Assembly (NCBI GenBank): GCA_050575255.1
Contig: JBNZDD010013699.1
Span: 5,970,625 to 6,034,624 of the forward strand
DNA: 64,000 nt
Source: Harriotta raleighana
Lineage: Eukaryota
Direction of reading: 5' to 3'
Shown here: positions 62,981 to 64,000 of the stretch, piece after piece
Layout of the letters: every line of letters begins with the position of its first letter
Position numbering within the stretch: the first letter of the stretch is position 1
Program-made: the position numbers and the translations under genes
Notes under the pieces: model-generated
Database searches by the model: none
What the model was told of the DNA's origin: nothing
Seen by the model: only the letters and a program-made list of their open reading frames with translations

Positions 62981-64000
62981 CACTTGTTATCTCTATTCCA
63001 CTACCCTCCCCCACCACTACCCAGTCCTTCAGAACATTCATTTGACACGTGCAAATGGTTAATAAAACCAGGTAGTGGTCATAGTTTCACATCGTTTTAC
63101 CCAAAGTCTTTTCAAGTTCCCTCTTGGATAGCTCAAATGTAGACAGCATCCCAGGTTTGAATGTGATCATAAAATTGATTTATTCCAAATAAAATGAATC
63201 TTTCTACTCAACAACGAAAGTGGACAAAAAGAAAACCCTTCATCCACCATTAATCTTTCACAAGTATTTGCAGATCAAGTTTTGAAAGGGATTTATCCCA
63301 GTGATAACCCTAAACTAGAGGATGAGACTTGCTAGGAGTAATGCATGTTGCGGTTCTTGTGGACTGTGGCATTTAAATTGCATTCCCTCATCAAATGATT
63401 TTCTTTATCAAGTTACAGAATCCATGGAAACAGACATTGTTGTGGACAAGGTTTCAAACATGCTGCTTATTTGTGAAACTGATGTTAGCCTTTTTGTTGG
63501 CACAGAAGGCAGGATGTATAGACAATGTTAGTGATTTTTTAAAATTCAATTTATTAACATTATAGAAGAATTTTCTGATCAAATAGCTTTCACTTTTGTT
63601 CGAATGTCCACCTTTTTGTCTTATATTCACCACTTGGCAACCACTCATTGATTTGCACAGTTTTTGTCTTCAATAATTAAGTGATGCAATTATCATGAAC
63701 TGCAACCCCATCCATCAAACAAAGACTTACTCCAGAAGAATAGGAAATCTGTCAATACAAATGGTCTCCACGCGTCACAGATACAGAGGATAGAGCAAAC
63801 AATGAGAGCAGAAGCTGCCTGCAGAACGGGACTAAGAATGTCATATAGGCTCACTGCGCTGCAAATACCACTAGGGACATACCGTGGGTTCCCCAGGACA
63901 CAGAGCCTTCTTGTTAGTTGCGGCTAGTCAAGTGAGATTAATTCTCACCCATTTGCTATAAAGTTCAACACATTAATGGCCCCACTTGTCCAATATTACC

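Noticed and set aside
1-64000. CRISPR arrays, operons, defence systems, U12 introns
   Set aside because: Eukaryotic intronic DNA with no regular repeat-spacer array. All identified donors are U2-type; none has GTATCCT.

Overview
AT-rich vertebrate genomic DNA. The repeat landscape (CR1 and L2 LINEs, tRNA-derived SINEs with L2-type tails, DeuSINEs, a Penelope fragment) suggests a cartilaginous fish, possibly a chimaera; this is inference. The whole window lies inside one + strand multi-exon gene, RALGAPA2 (Ral GTPase-activating protein catalytic alpha-2 subunit). I traced 17 GT-AG coding exons with consistent phases from 5075 to 60174, ending in the Rap/Ran-GAP domain with the catalytic KKLRHLGND motif; the gene start and end lie outside the window. 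Most ORF-track entries are spurious or retroelement debris. Introns hold CR1, L2, SINE, hAT and Tigger-like elements. The most notable observations are: a 140-bp Penelope-like insertion with a perfect 14-bp target duplication and a degenerate hammerhead ribozyme; many ~55-60 nt insertions consisting only of the L2 3' hairpin; a ~100-bp module shared between a hAT MITE and a Tigger-like MITE; a templated local duplication; a RALGAPA1-like symmetric exon; candidate poison exons; and a candidate neurogenic enhancer. I found no evidence of a wholly new protein-coding system. Repeat family names come from recognition, not a database search, and repeat boundaries without a TSD are approximate.
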